From an uncultured Actinomycetota bacterium (GTDB taxonomy: Bacteria > Actinomycetota > Actinomycetes > Mycobacteriales > SCTD01), in NCBI GenBank assembly GCA_963761655.1, contig CAVXHI010000001.1, positions 292,683 to 356,682 on the forward strand: a DNA stretch of 64,000 nucleotides, given 5' to 3'. How positions within the stretch are numbered: the stretch's first letter is position 1; every line of letters begins with the position of its first letter. Shown one piece after another: positions 40,474-51,065 of the stretch. Both the position numbers and the translations under genes were made by a program. The notes beneath the pieces were generated by a model. That model saw nothing but the letters and a program-made list of their open reading frames with translations. It made no database searches and was not told the origin of the DNA.

Positions 40474-40762
40474 ATGACCTCCTGGCGCACTCCGCTCGTC
40501 CTGCTCGTCGCGGCGCTCTCCGTCCCCTGCGCCGCCGTCGCGGCGCTGGTCGGCACCGTGGAGTGGAGCGGCTGCTTCCTGTCCTGCGACGCCGAGCCGC
40601 ACCACCTGTCCGGCGGCCTGCTGTGGCTGCTCGCCGTCGTGCTGCTGGCCGTCGGCCCGGCGCCTCGGCTGGCGGCTGCTGCGCGGTGCGGGCGTCGCGG
40701 CGGCGATGCTGGGTGCGGGCTTCGGCGTGCTGGGGCTGCTGATCGTGTTCGGCAGCCGCTGA
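40474..40762 (+). CDS. Small membrane protein, probably +1-frameshifted near 40657-40664
   Basis: The N-terminal signal/TM segment and a second TM are in the frame of ORF 40474.. . A third TM (LLRGAGVAAAMLGAGFGVLGLLIVFGSR*) with good G/C third-position bias is in the +1 frame and ends at 40762. The track ORF instead reads on across purC. Confidence 0.4.
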
Positions 40763-40774
40763 CAGACTGTCCGC

Positions 40775-41641
40775 ATGACCGACCTCGACCTGCCCCTGCT
40801 CGCGCGTGGCAAGGTCCGCGACGTCTACGAGGTCGACGCCGGCACCCTGCTGCTCGTCGCCAGCGACCGGCTCTCCGCCTACGACGTCGTCCTGCCGTCG
40901 GTCGTGCCCGACAAGGGCGCCGTCCTCACCGGGCTGTCGCACTGGTGGTTCGCCCAGCTCGAGGACGTCGTCCCGAACCACCTCGTCGCCGGACCGCTGC
41001 CCGCCGGTGCGGACCCGGCGCGGTCGATGCTCGTCGCGCGCCTGACGATGGTGCAGGTCGAGTGCGTGGCCCGCGGCTACCTCACCGGCTCCGGCCTCAC
41101 GGACTACGCGGAGACCCGGAGCGTCTGCGGGGTGGAGCTGCCGCCCGGCCTGGTCGACGGCAGCCGCCTGCCCGAGCCGGTCTTCACCCCGACGACGAAG
41201 GCCGCCGTCGGGGACCACGACCTCCCCATGACGTACGCCGAGGTCGTCGAGCAGGTCGGGGCGGAGCTGGCCGCCGAGCTCCGCGACACCACCCTGCGGA
41301 TCTACCGGCGAGGCGTCGAGGTGGCCGAGCGGGCCGGCATCCTGCTGGCCGACACCAAGGTGGAGCTGGGCCACGACGCCGCCGGCGTCCTGACCCTCGG
41401 CGACGAGGTCCTCACCCCCGACAGCAGCCGCTACTGGCCGGCCGACACCTGGCAGCCCGGCCGGGCACAGCCGAGCTTCGACAAGCAGTTCGTCCGCGAC
41501 TGGCTGACGAGCTCGGGCTGGGACAGGCAGGCGCCGGGTCCCGAGCTGCCCGAGGAGGTCGTCGAGCGGACGCGGGCGAAGTACGTCGAGGCCTACGAGC
41601 GCATCACCGGGTCCTCCTTCGACAGCTGGCTGCGCCGGTAG
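40775..41641 (+). CDS. purC: SAICAR synthase
   Basis: GKVRDVYEV, ASDRLSAYDV, LADTKVELG. Confidence 0.96.
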   Translation: MTDLDLPLLARGKVRDVYEVDAGTLLLVASDRLSAYDVVLPSVVPDKGAVLTGLSHWWFAQLEDVVPNHLVAGPLPAGADPARSMLVARLTMVQVECVARGYLTGSGLTDYAETRSVCGVELPPGLVDGSRLPEPVFTPTTKAAVGDHDLPMTYAEVVEQVGAELAAELRDTTLRIYRRGVEVAERAGILLADTKVELGHDAAGVLTLGDEVLTPDSSRYWPADTWQPGRAQPSFDKQFVRDWLTSSGWDRQAPGPELPEEVVERTRAKYVEAYERITGSSFDSWLRR

Positions 41642-41651
41642 CCTTCGCCGC

Positions 41652-41900
41652 GTGCCCGTCCACAAGGTGATCGTCGACGTCCTGCTCAAGCCCGAGATCC
41701 TCGACCCGCAGGGGCAGGCGGTGGCCAACGCGCTGCCCTCGCTCGGCTTCCCCGCGCCGGTGAGCGTCCGGATCGGGAAGCACGTCGAGGTCGAGGTCGA
41801 CACCGCGACGCCGGACGAGGCCCTGGAGCAGGTCGGGGGGATGGCCGAGGTCCTGCTCGCCAACCCCGTGATCGAGGACTTCCGGGTGCGCCTCGCCTGA
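41652..41900 (+). CDS. purS: FGAM synthase subunit PurS
   Basis: 82 aa: VDVLLKPEILDPQGQAV, NPVIEDF. Confidence 0.93.
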   Translation: MPVHKVIVDVLLKPEILDPQGQAVANALPSLGFPAPVSVRIGKHVEVEVDTATPDEALEQVGGMAEVLLANPVIEDFRVRLA

Positions 41901-41918
41901 CCGGGTAGGGCACCCCGC

Positions 41919-42425
41919 GTGGAGATCAAGCTGACGCTGGCGCTGCCCCGCGACGCCCTCAGCGTGCCGGTCGTGCGGCGGGTCCTGCGCGGGGCGATGG
42001 AGACCCTCGGCGTCGTCGAGGACGTCATCGCCTCGATCGAGCTGGCCCTCACCGAGGCCGCCACCAACGTCCTCGACCACGCCCTCGAGAGCGACCAGTA
42101 CGAGGTCTCGGCCGGGATCGACGGCGACCTGTGCGTCATCGAGGTCGTCGACCGCGAGGCGGTGCTGTTCGACGGGGACGAGATGGGCCTGGCGGACGCG
42201 GCGGACGCCGCCGAGGAGGGTCGCGGCATCCAGCTCATGCGTGCCCTCGTCGACCGGGTCGAGTTCACCAGCCGCCCCCAGACCGGCACCGTCGTCCACC
42301 TCGAGAAGGCCATCGAGTGGGTCGACGGCGCCCCCGGTCGCAGCCTGGCCGAGCTCATGCCGGACGAGCGCCACGGCCCGTGGTCCGACGACGAGAACCT
42401 CGAGGACGCCCCCGACCCCCGGTAG
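41919..42425 (+). CDS. RsbW-like HATPase-domain protein (anti-sigma-factor / Ser kinase type)
   Basis: N-box [15 protein letters not shown] and G2-like [12 protein letters not shown], with an acidic C-terminal tail. It sits between purS and purQ. Confidence 0.7.
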   Translation: MEIKLTLALPRDALSVPVVRRVLRGAMETLGVVEDVIASIELALTEAATNVLDHALESDQYEVSAGIDGDLCVIEVVDREAVLFDGDEMGLADAADAAEEGRGIQLMRALVDRVEFTSRPQTGTVVHLEKAIEWVDGAPGRSLAELMPDERHGPWSDDENLEDAPDPR

Positions 42426-42435
42426 CGTCGACCCC

Positions 42436-43104
42436 ATGCGCATCGGCGTCGTGACCTTCCCGGGCAGCCTCGACGACCGCGACGCGCAGCGTGCCGTCCG
42501 CCTCGCGGGGGGCGAGGCCGTCGCGCTCTGGCACGGCGACGCCGACCTGCAGGGCGTCGACGCCGTCGTCCTGCCCGGGGGCTTCTCCTACGGCGACCAC
42601 CTGCGTGCCGGCGCCATCGCCCGCTTCGCGCCGGCCATGGGCGCCGTCGTCGACGCGGCGAACGGCGGCATGCCGGTCCTCGGGATCTGCAACGGGTTCC
42701 AGGTGCTGTGCGAGTCCCACCTGCTGCCCGGGGCCCTGACGCGCAACCAGCACCTGCACTTCGTCAACCGCGACCAGCGCCTGCGCGTCGCGCAGAAGCA
42801 GACCGCGTGGACCGCCGACCTCGCCGACGAGATCGTCGTCCCGGTCAAGAACGGCGAGGGCTCCTACGTCGCCGACGAGCGCACCCTCGACGCGCTCGAG
42901 GCCGAGGGCCGCGTGGTGGCGTACTACGCGGGCGGCAACCCGAACGGCTCGCTGCGGGACATCGCCGGGATCACGAACGAGCGCGGCAACGTCGTCGGCG
43001 TCATGCCGCACCCCGAGCACGCGGTCGAGCACCTCACGGGCCCGGGGACCGACGGGCTCGGCTTCTTCACCAGCGTGCTGAAGGCCGTCCTCTCCACAGC
43101 CTGA
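42436..43104 (+). CDS. purQ: FGAM synthase glutaminase subunit PurQ
   Basis: [30 protein letters not shown]. Confidence 0.96.
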   Translation: MRIGVVTFPGSLDDRDAQRAVRLAGGEAVALWHGDADLQGVDAVVLPGGFSYGDHLRAGAIARFAPAMGAVVDAANGGMPVLGICNGFQVLCESHLLPGALTRNQHLHFVNRDQRLRVAQKQTAWTADLADEIVVPVKNGEGSYVADERTLDALEAEGRVVAYYAGGNPNGSLRDIAGITNERGNVVGVMPHPEHAVEHLTGPGTDGLGFFTSVLKAVLSTA

Positions 43105-43171
43105 CGGCTGCTCCTGGCGCCTACCCCCGAGGGACGCCACCGTCGTGACATGCCGAGCACGAGGGAGCACC

Positions 43172-43723
43172 ATGAGCGCTGTGACGACCCTGCCGTTCCG
43201 CCGGCTCGACGGCTGGACCGTCGATGACCTCGACGAGCTCTCCGACGAGGACTGCCAGGACCTCGAGCTGGTCGACGGGGCGCTGCTCATGACCCCGCCT
43301 CCCGTCCTTCAGCACTCGTACGCCTCGGGCCAGCTCCTCGCGCTGATGTCTCCCGTGGTGCCGGCCGGTCACGTCGCCCTGCTCGAGGGCGGCGTGCAGT
43401 TCGACGTCAGGAACTGGCGCAAGCCCGACGTCGTCGTGATCCGCCGTGCCGCGCTCGTGCAGAAGTACGCGACCCCCGCAGACGTCCTGCTCGCCGTCGA
43501 GGTGATGAGCCCCGGCACCGTCAGCACCGACCGGGTCGCCAAGCCGGCGCAGTACGCCGCCGCCGGCATCCCCGCCTTCTGGCGGCTCGAGCTCGACGAC
43601 CGCGTGCTGGTCACCCACGTCCTCGACGGCGACGCCTACCGCGAGACCGGCCGCCACACCGGTGTCGCCGTCGTCGAGGAGCCGTTCCGGGTGGAGCTGG
43701 ACGTCCGCGATCTGCTCGTCTGA
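43172..43723 (+). CDS. Uma2-family (DUF820) PD-(D/E)xK putative endonuclease, second divergent copy
   Basis: [29 protein letters not shown]...K...[16 protein letters not shown] at 43172 follows GAGGGAG. Confidence 0.75.
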   Translation: MSAVTTLPFRRLDGWTVDDLDELSDEDCQDLELVDGALLMTPPPVLQHSYASGQLLALMSPVVPAGHVALLEGGVQFDVRNWRKPDVVVIRRAALVQKYATPADVLLAVEVMSPGTVSTDRVAKPAQYAAAGIPAFWRLELDDRVLVTHVLDGDAYRETGRHTGVAVVEEPFRVELDVRDLLV

Positions 43724-43743
43724 CCCCCGGTAGCCTCGCGGCC

Positions 43744-46050
43744 GTGAGCGCCGACGAGACGAACCTGGGCACGAGCAGCCTCGACACGGTCGCGAGGGCG
43801 GCCGGGTCGGCCGAGCAGGAGATGCCGTTCGCCGAGCTCGGGCTCAAGGACGACGAGTACGCGCGGATCGTCGAGGTCCTCGGCCGGCGCCCCACCGGCA
43901 CCGAGCTCGCCATGTACTCGATCATGTGGAGCGAGCACTGCTCGTACAAGAGCAGCAAGGTCCACCTCCGGCAGTTCGGCCAGATCCCCGCCGGCGACCG
44001 GATGCTCGTCGGGATGGGCGAGAACGCGGGCGTCGTCGACGTCGGGGAGGGCCTCGCCGTCACGTTCAAGGTGGAGAGCCACAACCACCCCAGCTACGTC
44101 GAGCCGTACCAGGGCGCGGCCACCGGCATCGGCGGCATCGTGCGCGACATCCTCACCATGGGCGCCCGCCCGGTCCTCGTCATGGACCCGCTCCGCTTCG
44201 GCGACGCCGACCACCCCGACACCAAGCGCGTGCTGCCCGGCATCGTCGCGGGCATCGGCGGCTACGGGAACTGCCTCGGCCTGCCCAACGTCGGCGGCGA
44301 GGTCGTGTTCGACCCCAGCTACAACGGCAACCCGCTGGTGAACGCGCTCTGCCTCGGTGTGCTCAAGAAGGACCGCATCCAGCTGTCCGCGGCCCGCGGC
44401 GTCGGGAACGTCGTCGTGCTGCTCGGCGCGAAGACCGGCCGCGACGGCATCGGCGGCGTCAGCGTCCTCGCCAGCGCCTCCTTCGACGACGACGGCCCCG
44501 CCCGGCGGCCGAGCGTGCAGGTCGGCGACCCGTTCACCGAGAAGCTGCTCATCGAGGCGTGCCTGGAGATGTTCGACGCCGACCTCGTGGCCGGCATCCA
44601 GGACCTCGGCGGCGCCGGCCTCACCTGCGCGCTGACCGAGACCGCCGCGGCCGGACGCTCCGGCATGCGTGCGCACCTGGACCGCGTGCCGCTCCGCGAG
44701 GCGTCGATGGAGCCGCACGAGGTGCTGGCCAGCGAGTCGCAGGAGCGCATGCTCGCGATCGTCGAGCCGGGGAAGCTGCAGGCCGTGCTCGACCTCGCGG
44801 CCAAGTGGGGCGTGCTGGCCACCGCGATCGGCGAGGTCGTCGAGGGCGACCGGCTCGAGGTGCTCTGGCACGGCGAGACCGTCGTCGACGTGCCGCCCGC
44901 GTCGCTCGCCGACGAGGGCCCGGTCTACGAGCGGCCGATGAGCCGGCCCGCCGACCTCGACGCGCTCCGGGACCTCCCGCTGCCGGCGTACCCGACGGTC
45001 GACAAGGACCTCCTGCTCGACATGGCCTCGAGCCCGAACCTCTGCAGCCGGCGCTGGGTGGTCGAGCAGTACGACCGCATCGTGCTCGGCAACAGCGTGC
45101 TGGCCTGGCCGGAGGACGCGGGCGTCGTGCGGCTGTCGGAGGAGACCGGCCTCGGGGTCGCCCTGGCCACCGACGGCAACGGCCGCTACACCCGCCTCGA
45201 CCCGTACGCCGGGGCGCAGCTGGCGCTGGCCGAGGCGTACCGGAACGTCGTCGCCACCGGCGCCGTGCCGATCGCCGTCACGAACTGCCTGAACTTCGGC
45301 AGCCCCGAGGACCCCGAGGTGATGTGGCAGTTCGCCGAGGCGACCCGCGGTCTCGCCGACGCCTGCACCGCACTCGGCATCCCGGTCACGGGCGGCAACG
45401 TCAGCTTCTACAACCAGACCGGCAGCACGGCCATCAACCCGACGCCGGTCGTCGGCGTGCTCGGACTGTTCGACGACGTCGCCCGGCGCGTGCCCATGGG
45501 CCTGGTCGAGCCCGGCGACAGCCTGCTGCTGCTCGGCGACACGAAGGACGAGCTCGGCGGCAGCGAGTGGGCCTGGGCCCTGCACCGGCACCTCGGCGGC
45601 ACGCCCCCGCAGGTCGACCTCGACCGCGAGCGGCTGCTCGGTGAGGTCCTCGTCGCGGGCAGCCGCGACGGCATGCTCAACAGCGCCCACGACCTCTCCG
45701 ACGGCGGCCTCGCGCAGGCGCTCGTCGAGATGACGCTCGCCAAGGGCTTCGGCGCGCGCGTGGTCCTGCCCGCCGGTCTCGAGCCGTTCGTGCAGCTCTA
45801 CAGCGAGTCGGCCGGGCGGGCCGTCGTCGCGGTCCCGCGCTCGGAGGAGCTCCGCTTCACCGAGATGTGCAGCGCCCGGGGCCTCCCCGTCGTCCGGATC
45901 GGCGTCGTGGACGGCACGTCGCTGGACGTGCAGGACGTCGTGACGGTCGAGCTCGACGAGCTGCGCGAGGCCTACGAGGCGACGCTCCCCGCGCTGTTCG
46001 GCCCGCTCGCCGGCGGCACTGCGGCGCAGCCGCACGGCCCGGCTCTGTAG
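43744..46050 (+). CDS. purL: FGAM synthase subunit PurL
   Basis: 768 aa: [25 protein letters not shown]. Confidence 0.97.
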   Translation: MSADETNLGTSSLDTVARAAGSAEQEMPFAELGLKDDEYARIVEVLGRRPTGTELAMYSIMWSEHCSYKSSKVHLRQFGQIPAGDRMLVGMGENAGVVDVGEGLAVTFKVESHNHPSYVEPYQGAATGIGGIVRDILTMGARPVLVMDPLRFGDADHPDTKRVLPGIVAGIGGYGNCLGLPNVGGEVVFDPSYNGNPLVNALCLGVLKKDRIQLSAARGVGNVVVLLGAKTGRDGIGGVSVLASASFDDDGPARRPSVQVGDPFTEKLLIEACLEMFDADLVAGIQDLGGAGLTCALTETAAAGRSGMRAHLDRVPLREASMEPHEVLASESQERMLAIVEPGKLQAVLDLAAKWGVLATAIGEVVEGDRLEVLWHGETVVDVPPASLADEGPVYERPMSRPADLDALRDLPLPAYPTVDKDLLLDMASSPNLCSRRWVVEQYDRIVLGNSVLAWPEDAGVVRLSEETGLGVALATDGNGRYTRLDPYAGAQLALAEAYRNVVATGAVPIAVTNCLNFGSPEDPEVMWQFAEATRGLADACTALGIPVTGGNVSFYNQTGSTAINPTPVVGVLGLFDDVARRVPMGLVEPGDSLLLLGDTKDELGGSEWAWALHRHLGGTPPQVDLDRERLLGEVLVAGSRDGMLNSAHDLSDGGLAQALVEMTLAKGFGARVVLPAGLEPFVQLYSESAGRAVVAVPRSEELRFTEMCSARGLPVVRIGVVDGTSLDVQDVVTVELDELREAYEATLPALFGPLAGGTAAQPHGPAL

Positions 46051-46658
46051 TGCGTGGGCTGGTCGCCGCCCAGGGCGAGCTCGTCGTCCGGGCGCTGGCC
46101 CTGGCCGACCCGGCCGCCCCGACGCGGTGCGCCGGCTGGACCGTCGCGGACCTCGACCGGCACCTGGGGCACGCGCTCGCCAGCCTGACCCGGCTGCTGC
46201 CCGGCGCCCCGGGGGAGCCGGACGCCGGGCTCGCGGGCTGGGGCGACGCCCTGCCCGCGCTCGCGGGGTCGATCGACGAGGCCGCGCAGTCGTCCGGCCG
46301 GGGCCTCGCCGCGGAGCTGCCCGACCTGCTCGGGGCGCTGTCGTCGGCCGACCCGGGGCACGTCGTCCAGCAGCGGACCGGCCGGCACACCGTCGCCGAC
46401 GCCGCCCTGTTCCGGCTGGTCGAGCTGGTGGTCCACGGCCGCGACCTGCCGACGCCGGTCGAGCCCGACGGGCACGCCCTCGGGGCCGTGGTGCTCGCCG
46501 TCGTCGCGGCGCTGCCGCCCGGCCTGTCGGTGCCGCCGTACGTCGACGGCAACGGTCCGCAGCTGGACCCGCTGGACCTGCTCGACCTCGCCGCCGGCCG
46601 CGTGCCGGTGCCGCCGGGGCTGGGGACGTACGGCGACGCCCTGCCGCTGCTCGGCTGA
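46050..46658 (+). CDS. DinB/MDMPI-like (mycothiol-dependent maleylpyruvate isomerase N-terminal domain) protein
   Basis: GTG at 46050 overlaps the purL stop by 1 nt. CAGWTVADLDRHLGHA. The family assignment is from memory. Confidence 0.55.
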   Translation: MRGLVAAQGELVVRALALADPAAPTRCAGWTVADLDRHLGHALASLTRLLPGAPGEPDAGLAGWGDALPALAGSIDEAAQSSGRGLAAELPDLLGALSSADPGHVVQQRTGRHTVADAALFRLVELVVHGRDLPTPVEPDGHALGAVVLAVVAALPPGLSVPPYVDGNGPQLDPLDLLDLAAGRVPVPPGLGTYGDALPLLG

Positions 46659-46672
46659 GCCGGGCGCCGGCG

Positions 46673-47642
46673 TCAGAGCAACGGGCCCGGCCCGCCCACG
46701 CCGAAGACGACGGAGTCGGTCTCCGTCACGTCGGCCGTCGGTCGTGCAGGCACCGGAGGGCAGGTCGCAGACCGCGATCACGCCGGTGGTCCGGTCGGGC
46801 CCGAGCGGACGGGGCTCGGGCTGTCCGGCCCGGGCCAGGACGGCGTAGCTGTCGTCGTCGACCCAGCCTCCGAACCGCACGTCGGGTGCCGGGTAGCGAG
46901 GGGTGACCGAGGCCGAGGTGCGGCAGTCCTCGACGGGCAGCGTCCCCCGCTCCCCGACCGTGACGCACCAGTGCCCGTCCGGCGAGACGATGCCCGAGAC
47001 GCCGCCGCCGGTCCTCCCGCGGCCGATGAGCAGGTCGTACGGCGTGCCTGCACGCTGCTCGCTGCGTCCGGGTCGTCGCGCCGAAGGACCGCCGTCCGCG
47101 GTCGGGAGCTCCGCCCGACGCTGCAGGGCCCTCCCCTTCACCACTCTCCAGTACGCGGCGGTGTCGTCGAAGCCGAGGAACGTGGGCTCGCCGTCCTCGT
47201 ACAGGTCCGCCAGGTCGTCCGACTCGTCCCCCATCCCGTCGTCGTCGCGGAGCACCGCGGCGCCGGTCCGCAGGTCGACGACGACGGCGGCGGCGAGGCG
47301 GTCCGCCCGGCTGCGCTCCGGCCCGTCGTCGATCCAGCCGGCGAAGCGCCCGTCGGGCGAGACGTGGACCGTGCGCTGCTCGCCGGGCAGCGGCGTCGAC
47401 TGCTGCCCGTCGAAGAGGACCACGGGGCCGGCGCCGAGCTGCAGCAGGAAGCCGTAGGGAGTGGGCCAGACCCTCTGCACCTGGCCCGGCACCTCGAAGG
47501 TCTCGCTCCCGGCGTGCAGCGTCGTCCCCTGCGCCCACACGACCTCGCGCCCGAAGACGGCGGGCCGGTCGAGCAGCGGCGCCGACGGCGTCCCGCACGC
47601 GGCCAGCAGGCAGGCGCCGAGCAGGAGCGGCAGGCGCGTCAC
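46673..47642 (-). pseudogene. Lipoprotein (beta-propeller-like, unknown function) with a probable +1 frameshift near 46733-46738
   Basis: Lipobox VTRLPLLLGACLLAACG at the start (47642). After ...CDLPSGACTTD, the G/C third-position bias moves to the +1 frame (ADVTETDSVVFGVGGPGPLL*, stop at 46673). The track ORF runs on antisense into the neighbouring gene. The span is 970 nt, which is 3n+1. Confidence 0.6.
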
Positions 47643-47676
47643 CGCCCGAGCGTAGGGCCGTCCTAGCCTGCTGGTC

Positions 47677-48030
47677 GTGCCGCGCAAGCCCCGAGACTCC
47701 GCAGAGGTCGACGCCGCCGTCCGGTCCGTCCTGGCCGGTGAGCGCGCCCGGACGGCGGTCGCCCTCGCGGTCCGCGGCCTGGCCGAGCGGCTGGCCGAGC
47801 TCGCCCCCGGCCACCACGTCGAGCTCCGGGTGCCGCCGTACGCCGCGGTGCAGTGCGTCGAGGGGCCGCGGCACACGCGGGGGACGCCGCCCAACGTCGT
47901 CGAGGTCGAGCCGCTGGCGTGGGTGCAGCTCTGCATGGGGGAGCTGAGCTGGGCCGAGGCCGCGGCGGACGGCCGGGTGCGCACCTGGGGCGACCGTGCG
48001 GACCTGTCTGCCTGGCTGCCCCTGCCCTAG
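47677..48030 (+). CDS. SCP2/sterol-carrier-like small protein
   Basis: 117 aa with coding bias. The family assignment is from memory and uncertain. Confidence 0.5.
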   Translation: MPRKPRDSAEVDAAVRSVLAGERARTAVALAVRGLAERLAELAPGHHVELRVPPYAAVQCVEGPRHTRGTPPNVVEVEPLAWVQLCMGELSWAEAAADGRVRTWGDRADLSAWLPLP

Positions 48031-48554
48031 GACCCGTCGACGGGCAGCAGCATCGCCACCTGCGCGTCGTCGGAGTCGATCCGCCGGGCGATGTCCTTCG
48101 CCGCCTCCTGCCGGACGATCTGCTCGACCCCCGCCACCTTGGACAGCAGCCGCGCCTGCAGCCCACGCGGCCGCAGCACGACGTCCATGTCGTCCGGCCG
48201 CGGCGGCGTGACCGCGGTGCGCACCGCCTCCGGTGTCGCACCGACCGCCGTGACGCGCAGGGGGACGAGCAGCTCGAGGTCGAACCCGTGCTTCCCTCCG
48301 GCGACGACCTCGAGGTCGAGCGCCAGGTCCAGCAGCGTCAGGTAGGACACGAGCCCGTCGACGTCGTCCCGCTCCGCCGTGCACGCCCGGATCGGACCCC
48401 GGATGGTGGCGCGGGCCGTACCTCCGGGACCCGTCGCGAGCGGTCCGAGGACGACGGGGTCGCCGGCGACCCGGCGGACGGCGGCGGCGACCCGCGGCCC
48501 GGTCACCGTGCGGGCGACCTCGTCGACGGTGAGCGCGCCGTACGGGTGGGTCAT
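48027..48554 (-). CDS. Hypothetical protein
   Basis: 175 aa (MTHPYGALTVDEV...). It is the 3' part of ORF 48027..49436. Its ATG overlaps the upstream SDR stop (ATGA). Confidence 0.6.
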   Translation of the reverse strand: MTHPYGALTVDEVARTVTGPRVAAAVRRVAGDPVVLGPLATGPGGTARATIRGPIRACTAERDDVDGLVSYLTLLDLALDLEVVAGGKHGFDLELLVPLRVTAVGATPEAVRTAVTPPRPDDMDVVLRPRGLQARLLSKVAGVEQIVRQEAAKDIARRIDSDDAQVAMLLPVDGS

Positions 48555-49387
48555 CCGCCGGCCCTGCGGGTGGCGGGCGCGGTGAGCCGGGCGTACGACG
48601 CGCCGAGCAGGCGGGGCAGAGCGGCCAGCGCGTAGGCGTCCGGCCCGACCAGGATCCGGGCCTTGTCGCGCTCCAGGCCGCGCAGCACCGCCCGCGCCGC
48701 GCCGGCCGGCGTCGTCCGGGCGATCCGCTCGAACACCCCGGCCAGCTGCTGCCCGTCCTCCGACGCCGTCGTGCGTGCGTTGCGGGCGATGGCGGTGCGC
48801 ACGCCGCCCGGGTGGATGCAGCTCACCGACACGGGGACGCCGTCGTTGAGGCACTCCTGGCGCAGCGCCTCCGTCCAGCCGCGCACCGCGAACTTGCTCG
48901 CGTTGTAGATCGCCTGCTTCGGCACGGCGATCAGCCCGAACAGGCTCGACACGTTGGCCAGCTGCCCGTCGCCCGAGGCCGCGAGGTGCGGCAGGAACGC
49001 CTGCGTCCCGTGCACCACGCCCCAGAAGTTGACGTCCATCAGCCAGGTCATGTCGGCGGCCGACAGCTCCCGGACCGGGCCGTGCACCGCGACCCCCGCG
49101 TTGTTGACCACGAGGTGCACGGCGCCGCACGTGGTCGCCACGTGCTCGGCGTGCGCGAAGACCGCCTCGCGGTCGCGGACGTCGAGCACGACGCCCTCCG
49201 CGGCCGCGCCGAGCGCCCGGCACTGCGCGGCGGTGTCGGCGACGGCCGCCCCGTCGACGTCGGACAGCGCGAGCACCGCCCCGCGGGCCGCGAGGTCGAG
49301 CGCCAGCGCCCGGCCGATGCCGGAACCGGCCCCGGTGACGACGGCGGTCTTCCCGCGGTAGGTGCGTGGTGCGGCGCGGCGGCTCAT
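48551..49387 (-). CDS. SDR-family oxidoreductase
   Basis: TGAGSGIGRA, NNAG, YNASK. It is the real part of ORF 48551..51193. Confidence 0.85.
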   Translation of the reverse strand: MSRRAAPRTYRGKTAVVTGAGSGIGRALALDLAARGAVLALSDVDGAAVADTAAQCRALGAAAEGVVLDVRDREAVFAHAEHVATTCGAVHLVVNNAGVAVHGPVRELSAADMTWLMDVNFWGVVHGTQAFLPHLAASGDGQLANVSSLFGLIAVPKQAIYNASKFAVRGWTEALRQECLNDGVPVSVSCIHPGGVRTAIARNARTTASEDGQQLAGVFERIARTTPAGAARAVLRGLERDKARILVGPDAYALAALPRLLGASYARLTAPATRRAGG

Positions 49388-49450
49388 GACGGCGCATCCT
49401 GCACCAGCCCCTAGGGTCCTGCGTGTGACCCAGCACACAGGAGGACGTCC

Positions 49451-51010
49451 GTGAAGGAGCTCGTCTACACCCGGCAGCTGCTGCCCGCCGTCGGCCGGCA
49501 CGCCACCGCGCCGTTCCTCACCGACACGGGCACGGGGACGACGACGACGTACGGCGAGCACGGGGCCCGCGTCCTGCGGCTGGCCAGTGCGCTCCGGACC
49601 GAGCTGGGGGTGCAGCCCGGGGACCGGGTCGCGGTGATGATGCTCAACGGGGCCGCCTACGAGGAGCTGTACCACGCGGGGCTGCTCGGAGCGGCGGTCC
49701 TCAACCCGCTGAACCTGCGCTTCGCCGCCCGCGAGCTGACCCACGTGCTGGCCGACTCCGCGACGAAGGTGGTCTTCGTCGACGCCTGGTTCGCCGGCGT
49801 CGTCGACCAGGTCCGCGAGGCCACCGGGGTCACCACGGTGGTGCTCGTCGGCGAGGGGGACGCGCCCCACGACGTCCGCTACGAGGACCTGCTCGCGGCC
49901 GGTGAGGAGGTCGTGCCGGCCGAGCCGGAGGAGGACGACGCCGCCCTGCTGATGTACACGGGCGGGACCACGGGGCTGCCCAAGGGCGTGCTCCTGACCC
50001 AGCGCAACCTCGTGCTCACGGCGTACCACATCGGGCTCACCGTCCGGGTGGAGCAGGACGACCGCTACCTCGTGCAGGTGCCGATGTTCCACGCCGCGTC
50101 CATGGGCGCGATCATCGCGATGCCGACCACGGGCGGGCAGCTGGTGACCGTGCCGGTCTTCGACGCCGGCGCCGTCATGACCGCCTGCGAGACGCACGCC
50201 TGCACCAACACGATCATGGTCCCGACGATGCTGGCGATGACGTTCGCCCACGCCGACTACGCGCCGGCCCGGCTCGGGAGCCTGACCCGCCTGACCTACG
50301 GCGCCTCCCCGATGCCGCGCCCGGTGCTGGAGCGGCTGCGCAAGGACCTCCCCGACCTGCAGCTCTTCCAGGGCTACGGCATGACCGAGAGCGCGGCGCT
50401 GGTCAGCTGCCTGCTGCCCGAGGACCACGCCCGCGAGGAGAAGCTGGCGTCCGCGGGGCGGCCGGTGCAGGGGACGGTGGTCAGCGTCCGGGACGCCGCC
50501 GACGTCGAGGTTGCCGTCGGCGAGGTCGGCGAGGTCTGCGTCCAGGGCGGGCAGTTCATGCGCGAGTACTGGCGGCGCCCGGAGGAGACCGCCGAGGCGT
50601 TCCGGGGCGGCTGGTACCGCACGGGCGACGCCGGCCGGGTCGACGACGAGGGCTACCTCTACCTCGTCGACCGCACCAAGGACATGATCGTCACGGGCGG
50701 CGAGAACGTGTACTCGACCGAGGTCGAGCAGGCCCTGGCCGCGCACCCCGCCGTCGCGCAGGTCGCCGTCATCGGCGTCCCGGACGACGTCTACGGCGAG
50801 GCGGTCCACGCCGTCGTCGTGCTCCTGCCCGGAGCGGCCGCGACCGAGGCCGAGCTGATCACGCACGCGAAGGGGCTGATCGCCGGCTACAAGGCGCCGC
50901 GGTCGGTGTCGTTCCGGGACGAGCCGCTGCCGCTGTCGGGCGCCATGAAGGTGCTCAAGCGCGAGCTGCGGGCCCCGTTCTGGGAGGGCCGCGAGCGCTC
51001 GGTCAACTGA
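49451..51010 (+). CDS. AMP-dependent acyl-CoA synthetase/ligase
   Basis: YTGGTTGLPKGV, GYGMTE, YRTGD, GGENVYSTEVE. Confidence 0.9.
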   Translation: MKELVYTRQLLPAVGRHATAPFLTDTGTGTTTTYGEHGARVLRLASALRTELGVQPGDRVAVMMLNGAAYEELYHAGLLGAAVLNPLNLRFAARELTHVLADSATKVVFVDAWFAGVVDQVREATGVTTVVLVGEGDAPHDVRYEDLLAAGEEVVPAEPEEDDAALLMYTGGTTGLPKGVLLTQRNLVLTAYHIGLTVRVEQDDRYLVQVPMFHAASMGAIIAMPTTGGQLVTVPVFDAGAVMTACETHACTNTIMVPTMLAMTFAHADYAPARLGSLTRLTYGASPMPRPVLERLRKDLPDLQLFQGYGMTESAALVSCLLPEDHAREEKLASAGRPVQGTVVSVRDAADVEVAVGEVGEVCVQGGQFMREYWRRPEETAEAFRGGWYRTGDAGRVDDEGYLYLVDRTKDMIVTGGENVYSTEVEQALAAHPAVAQVAVIGVPDDVYGEAVHAVVVLLPGAAATEAELITHAKGLIAGYKAPRSVSFRDEPLPLSGAMKVLKRELRAPFWEGRERSVN

Positions 51011-51065
51011 GCGCCTCGGTAGGCTCAGGCCGCCTTCCCCCCGCATCGTCTCGAGGAGTCCCCGC

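Noticed and set aside
40474-41670. 398-aa ORF taken as a single protein
   Set aside because: After about 60 codons it loses coding bias and reads out of frame through purC. It is better explained as a small membrane protein with a frame change.
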